From Candidatus Kapaibacterium sp. (GTDB taxonomy: Bacteria; Bacteroidota; Ignavibacteria; Kapaibacteriales; UBA2268): a stretch of 64,000 bases of DNA. Position 1 is the stretch's first letter; every line of letters starts with the position of its first letter. The stretch lies in assembly GCA_963665665.1 (NCBI GenBank), contig OY762428.1:3168001-3232000 (forward strand). The letters are read 5' to 3'. A program made the translations under genes and the position numbers. The notes beneath the pieces were generated by a model. It had not been told where the DNA came from. It ran no database searches and worked only from the letters and a program-made list of their open reading frames with translations. Positions 12,501 to 20,922 of this stretch are shown piece after piece.

Positions 12501-13149
12501 GGAATATTACTGGCGTATAAGAGTAATTAACGGCGACAGAATTGGCCTGTGGCCTGATTCAAGAAAGTTCAGAACCAGGCTTGGCCGCCCGGAACTTGAT
12601 TATCCGGCTTATGATGCAAAGGAAATTGCTCTGACAATGTATGTTCGCTGGCTGGAACTGAAAGGAGCTGATTATTACAGGTTGCAGCTATCCACCGATC
12701 CCCTTTTCAATAATCCCGAGCATGACATGGATTCAATTGAAATACAAAGAGGCGATTTCTGGTCTCTTCCAAAGAATACAAAGCATTACTGGCGGGTAAA
12801 AGGCTTTAACTCCGATGGTGAAGGACTGTGGTCGGAAACTTGGAACTTTACAACAGGAGACCCCGGAAGTGTTGTTGAAAAGCCTGCCGGAATTAGTGAA
12901 ATGAAAATTTATCCCAACCCATTCCAGTCATCTGTTTCGATAAACCTGACTGCGGCTATACCAATGAATATTGATATTGATATTGTTGATATGAGCGGGC
13001 GCGTGGTCAGATCATTACATTCGGGATACCTGAACAGCGGTGATACTGAATTAAGATGGGAACCCTCGGGATTATCCGGAGGAGTTTATTATATACGAAT
13101 GCAAAGCGGATCTGATATGAGTCTTTATAAGCTTAACTATATGCCGTAA
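9598..13149 (+). CDS. T9SS-secreted protein: BNR/Asp-box beta-propellers, FN3 repeats, type A sorting domain
   Basis: Signal peptide; repeated SxDxGxTW; repeated YYWRV...WS...F(R)T FN3 units; C-terminal IYPNPF...LSGGVYYI. Confidence 0.88.
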   Translation: MKTNLRILFFTVIFSTFLSSYSSDKVYSQEFWSKSMAPAPKHVTSLQVDSEDVLYASTWGGGMFRSLNDGESFTELNNGLDNLFINDIFVDSDDNVWVGSEGGGVYKLPEGTLDWEQMDEGLRHKKVRAVTVNSDGLVFAGTYGGGVYVWNSVDSKWEEWNIGLHYMNISELFIADNGDVVAGTYGGGCYISEDDGINWAKANSGLGNLYINQIIMNSSGVLFAATNGRGIATSVNNGLFWTETDTVMTDLSITCLALNESNDLVAGSRTDGVYWFDGRSYMEWLQSSIIRGGVTAMTVNSDGVLFCTRSNYGLYISSDKGKTWDWTELFYDDGGYVASSDDTRKSKVFAHRKYDKTWVTFDNGNSWQGTTLPDSNIIDYAIDENGYVYAATEFSGLYKTEDNGQTWNYLEYNQKRLSSVAVNRDDEVFVSGLYMTAGSQPEQRTFIDRSTDNGSTWEKIDQLNNEEEAVDIHIKPGGDIYYGRKRGGVDKSTDNGTTWTTLSDINSTGLINAFKMNKKGYIFTGNYDYLHWSTDDAANWEMSNLGMSTPEISDICFNTSDEMFLICDYDGGIYHIENSSMEWDSSNASIYYDKLNSLGTNSEGYTFLCSDVIYRSIDPAKLEVPQLLSPASNTTGIHIENLRLDWNAADNADLYEFQVSTNDDFTFRIEYVVQADTFRILNRTLDNNTEYYWRVRSKFNSAYSDWSEVRTFRTEIAAPELIFPENNATGIAQAIELLWHWPDGAETFTLKVSPNSDMSEEIIFEEGIEDSTKMISGLQPYKNYYWMVKAFDEVSESPWSATWTFRTVVAPPVLRSPADDTLNLNRSVTMEWFESTGADRYIIQVARDSLFESMVYNGNSSELLSHNIDILEFNAVYYWKVQAGDKDAYGLFSDTWKYTTAYAPVVLTGPDNDIINTDTSLVLTWQYEIDDLKYHLQIAKDAGFNDMILDDTLETMYSYNLNDLEYYQEYYWRIRVINGDRIGLWPDSRKFRTRLGRPELDYPAYDAKEIALTMYVRWLELKGADYYRLQLSTDPLFNNPEHDMDSIEIQRGDFWSLPKNTKHYWRVKGFNSDGEGLWSETWNFTTGDPGSVVEKPAGISEMKIYPNPFQSSVSINLTAAIPMNIDIDIVDMSGRVVRSLHSGYLNSGDTELRWEPSGLSGGVYYIRMQSGSDMSLYKLNYMP

Positions 13150-13166
13150 TCGTTTAGTTATTGAGT

Positions 13167-13212
13167 ACAAATCTCCTTTCGGTGATCGTCCGGAAGGAGG
13201 TTTGTTCGTTTT
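13167..13212 (+). terminator. Probable terminator
   Basis: acaaatctcctttcgg...ccggaaggaggtttgt hairpin followed by tcgttttt. Confidence 0.6.
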
Positions 13213-13728
13213 TAGAGATCCTGGTATTGACAGGCGGTATACGGCTGATACGATTTGCGTGGCCATAAAAGTCATGCCTTTTACCTGAAAGCCACATCTT
13301 CGCAAACCCCTGTGAAAATGCCCTGAATATTGAATATTCCCTGATAGAATTAAGACAGATTTAATTCTCCCGGTGAATCTGTTTAAAAAATTATTTTCAG
13401 CAAACAACGAATCAACCGGGCACAACAAGTTCAAAGCAGTTATAATCAATCTTGCCAAAGGCGTTTACTGAGTAATCCTGAAAACATCGAGCCGGCTTTT
13501 TTATTGGTAAGCTTACGGTGATTATGCAGGGATATGAGAAACTTTTATATTTCAATATTCATAGTAATTAACTGGCTTCAATATTTCTTATAATACTGCT
13601 TTAAAATTAAAATTTTTAAAAAAAACAACAAAAAATGATATAAATTTTCAGGTGCTATTGATTTTATAGTGAAAATTAGATAATTTATAGGAGACAAAAA
13701 TAATAATAGTTTTTTATAGGAAAATTTT

Positions 13729-14085
13729 ATGTTTCTTGAATATTTGCCCCTGATACTAATGTTAGTTATCGGATTTGTCATTGGATTCGCCTTTCTTTTT
13801 GGTTCCGAATACCTTGGTGCCAGGCGCGATACTCCCGGCAAACGAACAACTTACGAAAGCGGTATGATACCCTGGAAAAGCGCAAGGGATCGTTTCTCAG
13901 TAAAATTTTACCTGGTAGCGATGCTGTTTATTTTGTTTGATATAGAAATTGTTTTCATGTATCCCTGGGCTTTGCAGATCAATGAGCTTGGTGTTACCGG
14001 GCTTGTAGCCATGATTTTGTTTATTGTTCTGCTGCTTGCAGGCTATCTGTATGTAATCAAGAAGGGAGCATTGAAATGGGAATAG
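13729..14085 (+). CDS. nuoA: NADH-quinone oxidoreductase subunit A
   Basis: [31 protein letters not shown]; three TM helices. Confidence 0.95.
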   Translation: MFLEYLPLILMLVIGFVIGFAFLFGSEYLGARRDTPGKRTTYESGMIPWKSARDRFSVKFYLVAMLFILFDIEIVFMYPWALQINELGVTGLVAMILFIVLLLAGYLYVIKKGALKWE

Positions 14086-14612
14086 ATAAAGCACTTGAAA
14101 AACAGGGATTTATAACAACTTCCGTGGACTGGTTAGTGAAATGGGCTCAGAAGAATTCAGTATGGCCGATGCCGCTTGGCATATCCTGCTGCGGTATTGA
14201 AATGATGGCTTTTGCCAGCCCGCGATTCGATGTGGCAAGATTTGGCTCTGAAGTATTCAGGATGACACCGAGGCAGTCCGACCTGCTGCTGGTTGCTGGA
14301 ACCGTTACATACAAAATGGCATGGGTTGTAAGAAAAATTTATGATCAGATGCCTGACCCGAAATGGGTGGTATCAATGGGTGTTTGTGCTTCCACCGGAG
14401 GTATGTTCCGTAGCTATCCGGTTGTTCAGGGAGTTGACCAGTTCCTGCCTGTTGACGCTTATATTGCGGGATGCCCGCCAAGGCCGGAAGCGGTAATTGA
14501 TGCACTTATGCTGATTCAGGACAAGATTAAAAAAGAACATAAGCCTGATATTATCAATTTTGGTAAAAATGTATCAAAAATGCCAACTCAGGAAAATACG
14601 AGTATTTTTTAA
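14076..14612 (+). CDS. nuoB: NADH-quinone oxidoreductase subunit B
   Basis: [33 protein letters not shown]. Confidence 0.95.
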   Translation: MGIDKALEKQGFITTSVDWLVKWAQKNSVWPMPLGISCCGIEMMAFASPRFDVARFGSEVFRMTPRQSDLLLVAGTVTYKMAWVVRKIYDQMPDPKWVVSMGVCASTGGMFRSYPVVQGVDQFLPVDAYIAGCPPRPEAVIDALMLIQDKIKKEHKPDIINFGKNVSKMPTQENTSIF

Positions 14613-14639
14613 CCCTATGTACATAGATCGACACGTTCC

Positions 14640-14666
14640 AAAGCGCCCCCCGATAGGGCGCTTTTT
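14640..14666 (+). terminator. Terminator after nuoB
   Basis: aaagcgccc-cccgata-gggcgcttt followed by T-run. Confidence 0.75.
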
Positions 14667-14888
14667 CAATTTATAAATATTGATTGTATGGTTAAAGCTA
14701 TTATAGCCAATTATTTGCATCTATAATCATAGTTATAGTAATAATACGTTAAACTTGAACAACTAAAATCATATCTAAAAGTATATATATAGGGTTAACT
14801 ATCGGGCAACTATTTCGTTATATTAATTAAGAGAGTAATTCGTTCTTTGAAAAGCAGCAAAAAAAAAACCGTGAAAAATCACGGTTTG

Positions 14889-14974
14889 TACTCGGAGTGG
14901 GACTTGAACCCACACGAACCTTACGATTCCCAGGATTTTAAGTCCTGTGCGTCTACCAATTCCGCCATCCGAGC
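14889..14974 (-). tRNA. tRNA-Leu (anticodon TAA); CCA not encoded
   Basis: Minus strand GCTCGGA TGGCGGAATTGGTAGACGC ACAGGA CTTAAAA TCCTG, long variable arm, GTGGGTTCAAGTCCCAC TCCGAGT A; terminator-like hairpin at 14859-14887 and a TACTTTTG element at 15008-15015. Confidence 0.95.
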
Positions 14975-15127
14975 GGAATTCAAAATTAATTATATTTTTT
15001 GTATTTGCAAAAGTAATTCTTAAAATATAAAAAATAAAATTGTGAGTGCAACTATTAGTTATTAGATTTGTCAATTAAAGTATTGAAAAACAATTATAAA
15101 ATATAAATACCCGAACAGGAGGGCAAA

Positions 15128-16732
15128 ATGAAATTATTTATCAAATACAGCGGAATAGCATTACTGGCAGTATGGATACTCCAGTCCTGCTCGTCGGTTC
15201 AGGGCGAAAAAGACGACTATTTCGGCTATAATAACAATCCCGACCCTATCGAAAGCCCTGCCAGGGTCTCCGAGTCCGATGCAATCAGGAAAGCTGAGAC
15301 TAAAGATGCCTGGACTAATCCTCTTGCCGGCAGTTCCGAAGAAGCTTCCTATACTGGTGGCGAAAACTATGTTCAGGAGGATGGTGCTAACCAGACAGTA
15401 GTGCAGTACACTTATTACAACACAAGCCCGGTTTATGTTCCTGTAATGGTGCCCTGGTGGAGCCAGCATTACTGGTGGAAAAACCGCAGGAGCCATTTCA
15501 GTGTTTATGTTAATTACGGCCCGTACTGGTATGATCCTTACTACAGGGATCCATGGTATTATGCCTATTACACTCCCTGGTATGATTATCATCCATATTA
15601 CGGCGGGTACTGGGTGAATTACCACCATTGGAATTCCTACCATCCCAGGTATCACCACGTTCCTTATGGCTATTACGCCCGGGAAAGGGATAAAATCGTT
15701 AAAAAGGACAGGAATTTCGGGCCTTCACGCGGATATACCCATAATCCTAATACAGGACTCTCGGCAGATAATATGAACAGAGGCAGTCGTTCGGGTTCCA
15801 CAAATACATCCGGAATTGCAAGTTCACGGGGTACAAGCGGCGGATCATTGAAAAGGGGCACAACAACCGGGATTTCTTCCATTGACCGTTCGGGCAGGAC
15901 AGCTACGCTTGCTGATAACAAAACTGCAAGTTCCACTGCCGGCGGTGCTTTCAAGAAAATTACCACACCGGAAAAAAGCAGTTCCAAATCATCTGCTGTT
16001 CCGGTTAGGAATACCGGATTATATACCGGGAATTCCGGGAACTTATCTTCATCCTCTTCAAGGAACTCTACAATAAAGGGAATTTCAAATCCTTCTTCAG
16101 GGTCGAGAATACAGTCCAGGCCTTCAGCAAATTATACCGGAACTCAAAGCAGGTCTTCGAGCGCCGGTACTAATACAAAGAGTTCCCTTACCCCGCGAAG
16201 CAGTGGTTCCTCTTCCAAAACAACATTGAAGCGAGGCTCTACCTATAGTGGAAGCAGCAGGAACAGTTCATCAACTAACAGAAGTTCAACTCCGGTTCTC
16301 AAGAGTCCCGTATCAAGAAGTACCCCCTCTTCAGGCAGTGTTAAATCAACAAGGCCTTCGTACAGTCCTTCGAGCAGTCCGAGAGTGAAGTCGAACAGGT
16401 CAGGAAGTTCAAGTTCAAAATCAACAATTAAATCTCCGCGATCATCCAGGTCGGGATCATCTTCCGGATCATCATACTCATCCCCGAGAAGCAGTTCTTC
16501 TAAAAGTTCTTCACGTTCTACTTATTCGCCACCGAAAAGATCTTCGACTCCCAAATCTTCCGGGTCTTCATATAAAGCTCCAAGAAGTTCGGGATCGTCA
16601 AGTTCTTCACGTTCTTCAGGGTCGTCATATAAGCCGTCAGGCTCTTCTTCGTCATCTAAATCCTCAGGATCAAGATCATCAGGAAGCAGCAGCAGTTCAA
16701 GTTCACCGAAAAGAGGCAGCCGCGGGCGTTGA
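15128..16732 (+). CDS. Lipoprotein with a Tyr/Trp-rich core and a long Ser/Arg/Gly low-complexity tail
   Basis: Lipobox ILQSC; AGGAGG RBS; composition. Confidence 0.85.
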   Translation: MKLFIKYSGIALLAVWILQSCSSVQGEKDDYFGYNNNPDPIESPARVSESDAIRKAETKDAWTNPLAGSSEEASYTGGENYVQEDGANQTVVQYTYYNTSPVYVPVMVPWWSQHYWWKNRRSHFSVYVNYGPYWYDPYYRDPWYYAYYTPWYDYHPYYGGYWVNYHHWNSYHPRYHHVPYGYYARERDKIVKKDRNFGPSRGYTHNPNTGLSADNMNRGSRSGSTNTSGIASSRGTSGGSLKRGTTTGISSIDRSGRTATLADNKTASSTAGGAFKKITTPEKSSSKSSAVPVRNTGLYTGNSGNLSSSSSRNSTIKGISNPSSGSRIQSRPSANYTGTQSRSSSAGTNTKSSLTPRSSGSSSKTTLKRGSTYSGSSRNSSSTNRSSTPVLKSPVSRSTPSSGSVKSTRPSYSPSSSPRVKSNRSGSSSSKSTIKSPRSSRSGSSSGSSYSSPRSSSSKSSSRSTYSPPKRSSTPKSSGSSYKAPRSSGSSSSSRSSGSSYKPSGSSSSSKSSGSRSSGSSSSSSSPKRGSRGR

Positions 16733-16760
16733 TAACATAATTATTATGGAGAGGTAAAAA

Positions 16761-18179
16761 ATGAAAAAGTTAATTTTAATATTGATCGGAATTATTTTAA
16801 TAAGTCCTGTTGCAAAATCGCAGTTTATCGAAGATGCTCTGAGGTTTTCACAACCCAATAGTATCATCACTGCCAGGGCAGGCGGCCTTGGTACTGCATT
16901 CCACGGTGTTAGTGATGATTTCTCAGCTCTGTATTATAATCCTGCCGGATTGTCGCTTATGCAGAAAAGGGAGCTTACTTTTGGCTTTGGATTCCTGAGA
17001 AATACTACTGAAACAGATTATCATGACGTTGTAATGGATTTATCTGCAAATGATGCTTACCTTAGCCACTTTGGTATTGTAGCTCCTTTCACAACGAGTA
17101 AGGGTAAGGCTGCAATAGCTATCGGCTATATGCTGGAATCCAATTTTGACAATACCTACGATTTCAGCGGGTTCAACCAGAACTCTACATATATTGACTT
17201 CCGCGCTCGTAATGACGGTGAAGATAATATGCCTTATTATCTGAATCTGGCAGATCTGAAAGGAGAGTCAATCTTTACACCTGTAACCGACAGCCTGCTT
17301 CAGGAAGGTAGCGTTATAGAAAATGGCGGACTTCACAATATTACAGGCGGCGCCGGATTCGACCTTAATAAAAACGTATCAATAGGTTTCTCGGTTACCG
17401 GAAAATGGGGAACTTATGATTTCAACAGGGAATACATGGAAAAAGACATTTTCAACAAGTACAATGAATTCGTAAGTGATTATTCGAATGTTGACCTGGA
17501 TTACATGAAGGTTGAAGAGCAGATAACCCAGAATATCTCCGGTATAACCGGTTCTGTTGGAATCCAGGGTCGTGTTGGCGAGAATATCCGCCTTGGTGTG
17601 GGAGTAAAGTTCCCGACTTTCTATTCTATTGAAGAAAACTATTGGGAAGAAGCAACTGCCGGATTTGATAATGGCGATTATATTACTGAGCCTTATCAAA
17701 ATGAAGGAGAAACATCGTACAAACTGAGATCACCATGGATATTTTCGGCAGGTTTGTCGGTTCATGCTATGGGTATCACTTTCACGAGCGGCGTGGAATA
17801 CTGCGATGTTACACAGATTGAATTCTCAGATGCCACGAAAGCGGTTGAATCTTTGAATAAGTATATCCTTAGGGAACTTGTAGGCCAGACTACATGGGGA
17901 TTCGGAGTTGAATATGACATTCCGATGATGCCATTCGTTGTAAGGGGTAGTTTTAGTTCTACCACTTCGCCATATTCAGAAGATGTTCCGGGTGCTACAC
18001 TATCGAACCTTTCCCTTGGCGGAGGTGTTTATCTGGCAAAGAATGTCAGGATAGACGGACTCTTCAGGTTTTCCGACCTGACACAGGTTCGTTCTAATTA
18101 CGGAACTGACGAAAGTGCAAGATATACTTATAATGTTAGCCCGCTTAATATCGCGATGCAGCTTACCTACAGATACTGA
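16761..18179 (+). CDS. OmpP1/FadL-family outer-membrane transporter
   Basis: Signal peptide; ARAGGLG..F.GVSDD.SALYYNPAGL hatch motif; beta-barrel C-terminus YRY. Confidence 0.85.
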   Translation: MKKLILILIGIILISPVAKSQFIEDALRFSQPNSIITARAGGLGTAFHGVSDDFSALYYNPAGLSLMQKRELTFGFGFLRNTTETDYHDVVMDLSANDAYLSHFGIVAPFTTSKGKAAIAIGYMLESNFDNTYDFSGFNQNSTYIDFRARNDGEDNMPYYLNLADLKGESIFTPVTDSLLQEGSVIENGGLHNITGGAGFDLNKNVSIGFSVTGKWGTYDFNREYMEKDIFNKYNEFVSDYSNVDLDYMKVEEQITQNISGITGSVGIQGRVGENIRLGVGVKFPTFYSIEENYWEEATAGFDNGDYITEPYQNEGETSYKLRSPWIFSAGLSVHAMGITFTSGVEYCDVTQIEFSDATKAVESLNKYILRELVGQTTWGFGVEYDIPMMPFVVRGSFSSTTSPYSEDVPGATLSNLSLGGGVYLAKNVRIDGLFRFSDLTQVRSNYGTDESARYTYNVSPLNIAMQLTYRY

Positions 18180-18204
18180 TTTTACAATAATAAATAAAAT
18201 ATTC

Positions 18205-18238
18205 AGCCCTGACCTTTGAAGTTAGGGCTTTTTTTTTT
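18205..18238 (+). terminator. Terminator
   Basis: agccctgac...gttagggct plus T-run. Confidence 0.8.
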
Positions 18239-18328
18239 AAATTATAGTTCGGAGCGTAATGAACAGGCAGAGTAAGAAAGTAGCAAGTCAGGCGGAAGAT
18301 ATTCAAACAACAATATTGGGTTTTGATC

Positions 18329-19633
18329 ATGAAATATTTATGGTATTTTATACTTGTTATAATGTTATTATCCTGCGGGGAGGACAATCCTTCAACACCC
18401 GGTGACGGCGGCCCTTATCCTGATGATAATGTGGTCTGCGATATTGAATACAGGGACGATGCCATGATTGTTGAATCATCTGCCTTGCTAACTTGCGATA
18501 CTGTCAACCCTGAATCTGCATTCGATGAAAAAATTATTAACCTGACTGTTGATAAAGAACTTTTTGGCCCGCCGCCTATGGCCGGGGATGTTTTTTTTAT
18601 TAAAGGGTATGGCACGAGAAAAGTTATATCAGTTGATGATCATGGTTCATTCATGATAATTGAAAGTGAATTTGCAGCGCTTACCGAAGCAGTAAAAAAT
18701 GCTAATATATCATGGGATTTTACGCCTGTTATTGAAGAACCGGGGATAATCAACGTTGAAGGTGTTGATCACAGGCCCGTAAGGATAAGCACCGAAGGTT
18801 ATGAATACAGCTTTGAATGGGGTAATAATAAATATACCTTATGGTTCAATCCTAAAGGAACAAGTGAAAACGGCCTGCCTGAAATGCAGGTGAATTTTAT
18901 TGTTGAGAATAAAATTGATGCTGATGGAAAAGTTACTGCAACTTACGGTGCCAAGGGAACAACAAGGCTTCCGCATATTTCAGCCGATATTGATATTCAG
19001 GACAGTGAACTAACCGGATTTACAACAAACAACAGCGGTTACCACAGTGAATTTACTCTTGAATATATTGCTACGTTTTCCCCGGGCAGCGAAGGCACTC
19101 AGATACTGACAATGCCGAATATTACTTTGAAAGTGCCGCTTCAGTCGCTTACTGCTATTCCTATTCCGATTCCTATATATATTAACTTTGGCCTGGGATT
19201 CCAGACTTATCTTAATCTTCCGCAAGTTCAGGCTTTTTGCAATGCAAAGGTGAAAATGATAATGGACTCGAAAACAGGTTTTGAATTTAAAGGGCCAAGC
19301 GTGGGATTCAACTATAAGGTGGGTAAAAAGGATCTTGGTGACTGTACTTTCGAAGTAGGGGACCTTTCGCTTTGCCCCACCGGAATTGAAATGAAATGGG
19401 AAGTATTATGCCCGAGAATTGCCCTGAATGTTATGGGGCAGGAGGTTTGCTGGATTGCTCCTATATTCGGAAGCAGGACTAAACTGATAGTGCCTTCGCT
19501 TTGCAAGGCGCAGATGACACAGGTCAGGCTGGAAGGCGGTTACGGATTTAAAATTTTTGGAAATAGTATAGCAGAAGGAAAAAAAGTTTTTTTCAATGCT
19601 GATAAAACTTATAAATCACCGGAATGTCCTTAA
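18329..19633 (+). CDS. Hypothetical beta-rich lipoprotein
   Basis: MKYLWYFILVIMLLSC lipobox; long ORF with no family recognised. Confidence 0.75.
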   Translation: MKYLWYFILVIMLLSCGEDNPSTPGDGGPYPDDNVVCDIEYRDDAMIVESSALLTCDTVNPESAFDEKIINLTVDKELFGPPPMAGDVFFIKGYGTRKVISVDDHGSFMIIESEFAALTEAVKNANISWDFTPVIEEPGIINVEGVDHRPVRISTEGYEYSFEWGNNKYTLWFNPKGTSENGLPEMQVNFIVENKIDADGKVTATYGAKGTTRLPHISADIDIQDSELTGFTTNNSGYHSEFTLEYIATFSPGSEGTQILTMPNITLKVPLQSLTAIPIPIPIYINFGLGFQTYLNLPQVQAFCNAKVKMIMDSKTGFEFKGPSVGFNYKVGKKDLGDCTFEVGDLSLCPTGIEMKWEVLCPRIALNVMGQEVCWIAPIFGSRTKLIVPSLCKAQMTQVRLEGGYGFKIFGNSIAEGKKVFFNADKTYKSPECP

Positions 19634-19655
19634 TTATATTAATTGCGAGGTTAAC

Positions 19656-20186
19656 TTGGATTCGATTTTAAACGAAGATATTATCCCGAAAATACTTGTT
19701 GTTGACGACTCAACAACTTTGCTTTCGTTGATAAAAGGTGTATTAACCGTAAACAAATATGAAGTGATTACTGCTGAAAGCGGAGCAGCTGCTATTGAAA
19801 CAGCATATAATGATTTTCCTGACCTTATATTACTTGATATAATGATGCCGGGAATGGATGGTTTTGAGACCTGTAAAATATTAAAAAGCAACGAAATTAC
19901 AGCAAATATTCCTGTAATATTCCTGACTGCAAAAACATCAAAGCAGGATATAGTGGAAGGGCTTGAATGCGGCGGGGTTGACTACATTACAAAACCATTT
20001 GATAATAAAGAATTGCTTGCCAGAATTTATACTCATCTTGAACTTAAATATGCACGGCAAATAATTGAAGAGCAGAAAATTGAATTGGAAAATCTTGTTG
20101 AGGAACTTCGTATAAGCAATGAAATGCTTGAAGAAAGAACTCATGACCTTCTTGTTTTAAGAGAAAAAATGGGTGAATCAGATTAG
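19656..20186 (+). CDS. Response regulator (receiver plus coiled coil)
   Basis: ILVVDD, LLDIMMP, FLTA, YITKPF; probable TTG start after GAGG. Confidence 0.88.
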   Translation: MDSILNEDIIPKILVVDDSTTLLSLIKGVLTVNKYEVITAESGAAAIETAYNDFPDLILLDIMMPGMDGFETCKILKSNEITANIPVIFLTAKTSKQDIVEGLECGGVDYITKPFDNKELLARIYTHLELKYARQIIEEQKIELENLVEELRISNEMLEERTHDLLVLREKMGESD

Positions 20187-20208
20187 AAGTGTATTCTGAT
20201 AAATATCT

Positions 20209-20601
20209 TTACTTTGGTTCCCAGGATGAACCGTCACAAGGTATGTAATCAGAACTTACATGTTCGTCATAAATCCGGCAAAACTGTCCGGATTTTTCAA
20301 AATGCCGACATGTTCCGCAAAGAGTTTCCTCCTCGAATTTATCGATTCTTTTATTAAAAGCCTGAAACTGCCTGTAAGCAGGCCAGGCTACCAGGAACCA
20401 CATCAGGAAAAGAACGTACCACCAGTATTTGTATAGTTCGTAATATTGAAAAATTACAATACTCAAAAATATTATTATTGATGCCCGTATTAGAATTCCC
20501 CATACAATCGAGCCTGTTGTTACTATTGGCTGTGTTGAAGAGTTGTCGTCATCGCTTGCTTCGCGAAACATCAGAATATTTTTTATTTTCTCGGTATCCA
20601 T
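20209..20601 (-). CDS. Hypothetical membrane protein with C-terminal Cys motif
   Basis: Two TM segments; CGTC...C...C tail. Confidence 0.75.
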   Translation of the reverse strand: MDTEKIKNILMFREASDDDNSSTQPIVTTGSIVWGILIRASIIIFLSIVIFQYYELYKYWWYVLFLMWFLVAWPAYRQFQAFNKRIDKFEEETLCGTCRHFEKSGQFCRIYDEHVSSDYIPCDGSSWEPK

Positions 20602-20922
20602 TACTCACCGTTATGATTATTCTTTCACTTGCAATAACGCAATGATACGGAAATAATTTCATTTAGCAGCAGCTTAGGGATAATTGTATGTTTTGTTTCC
20701 CTGTATTACTGCCATGAAGAATAGGAAAAGATCAAATCAAAAAAAATCATTAGATATGTGTGTATAATTAAATATAATATATTCAACTATTTAAAAACAT
20801 ACTATCATGTCGATCTCCGGAAAAATTGAAATAAATAAGAAATGAGTGCATCATTTTTCATCTTTGTGTCTCTTACTACTAAATTCAGAAATGATGTATT
20901 TTTTAACTCGAAGGGTATAACG

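Noticed and set aside
13072-13458. 128-aa minus-strand ORF
   Set aside because: Overlaps the end of the T9SS gene and its terminator; TTG start; no recognisable motif
14889-14974. tRNA-Leu as an integration site
   Set aside because: No integrase nearby and no duplicated tRNA 3' end seen in the window
14823-15074. 83-aa ORF
   Set aside because: It is the tRNA-Leu sequence read as protein
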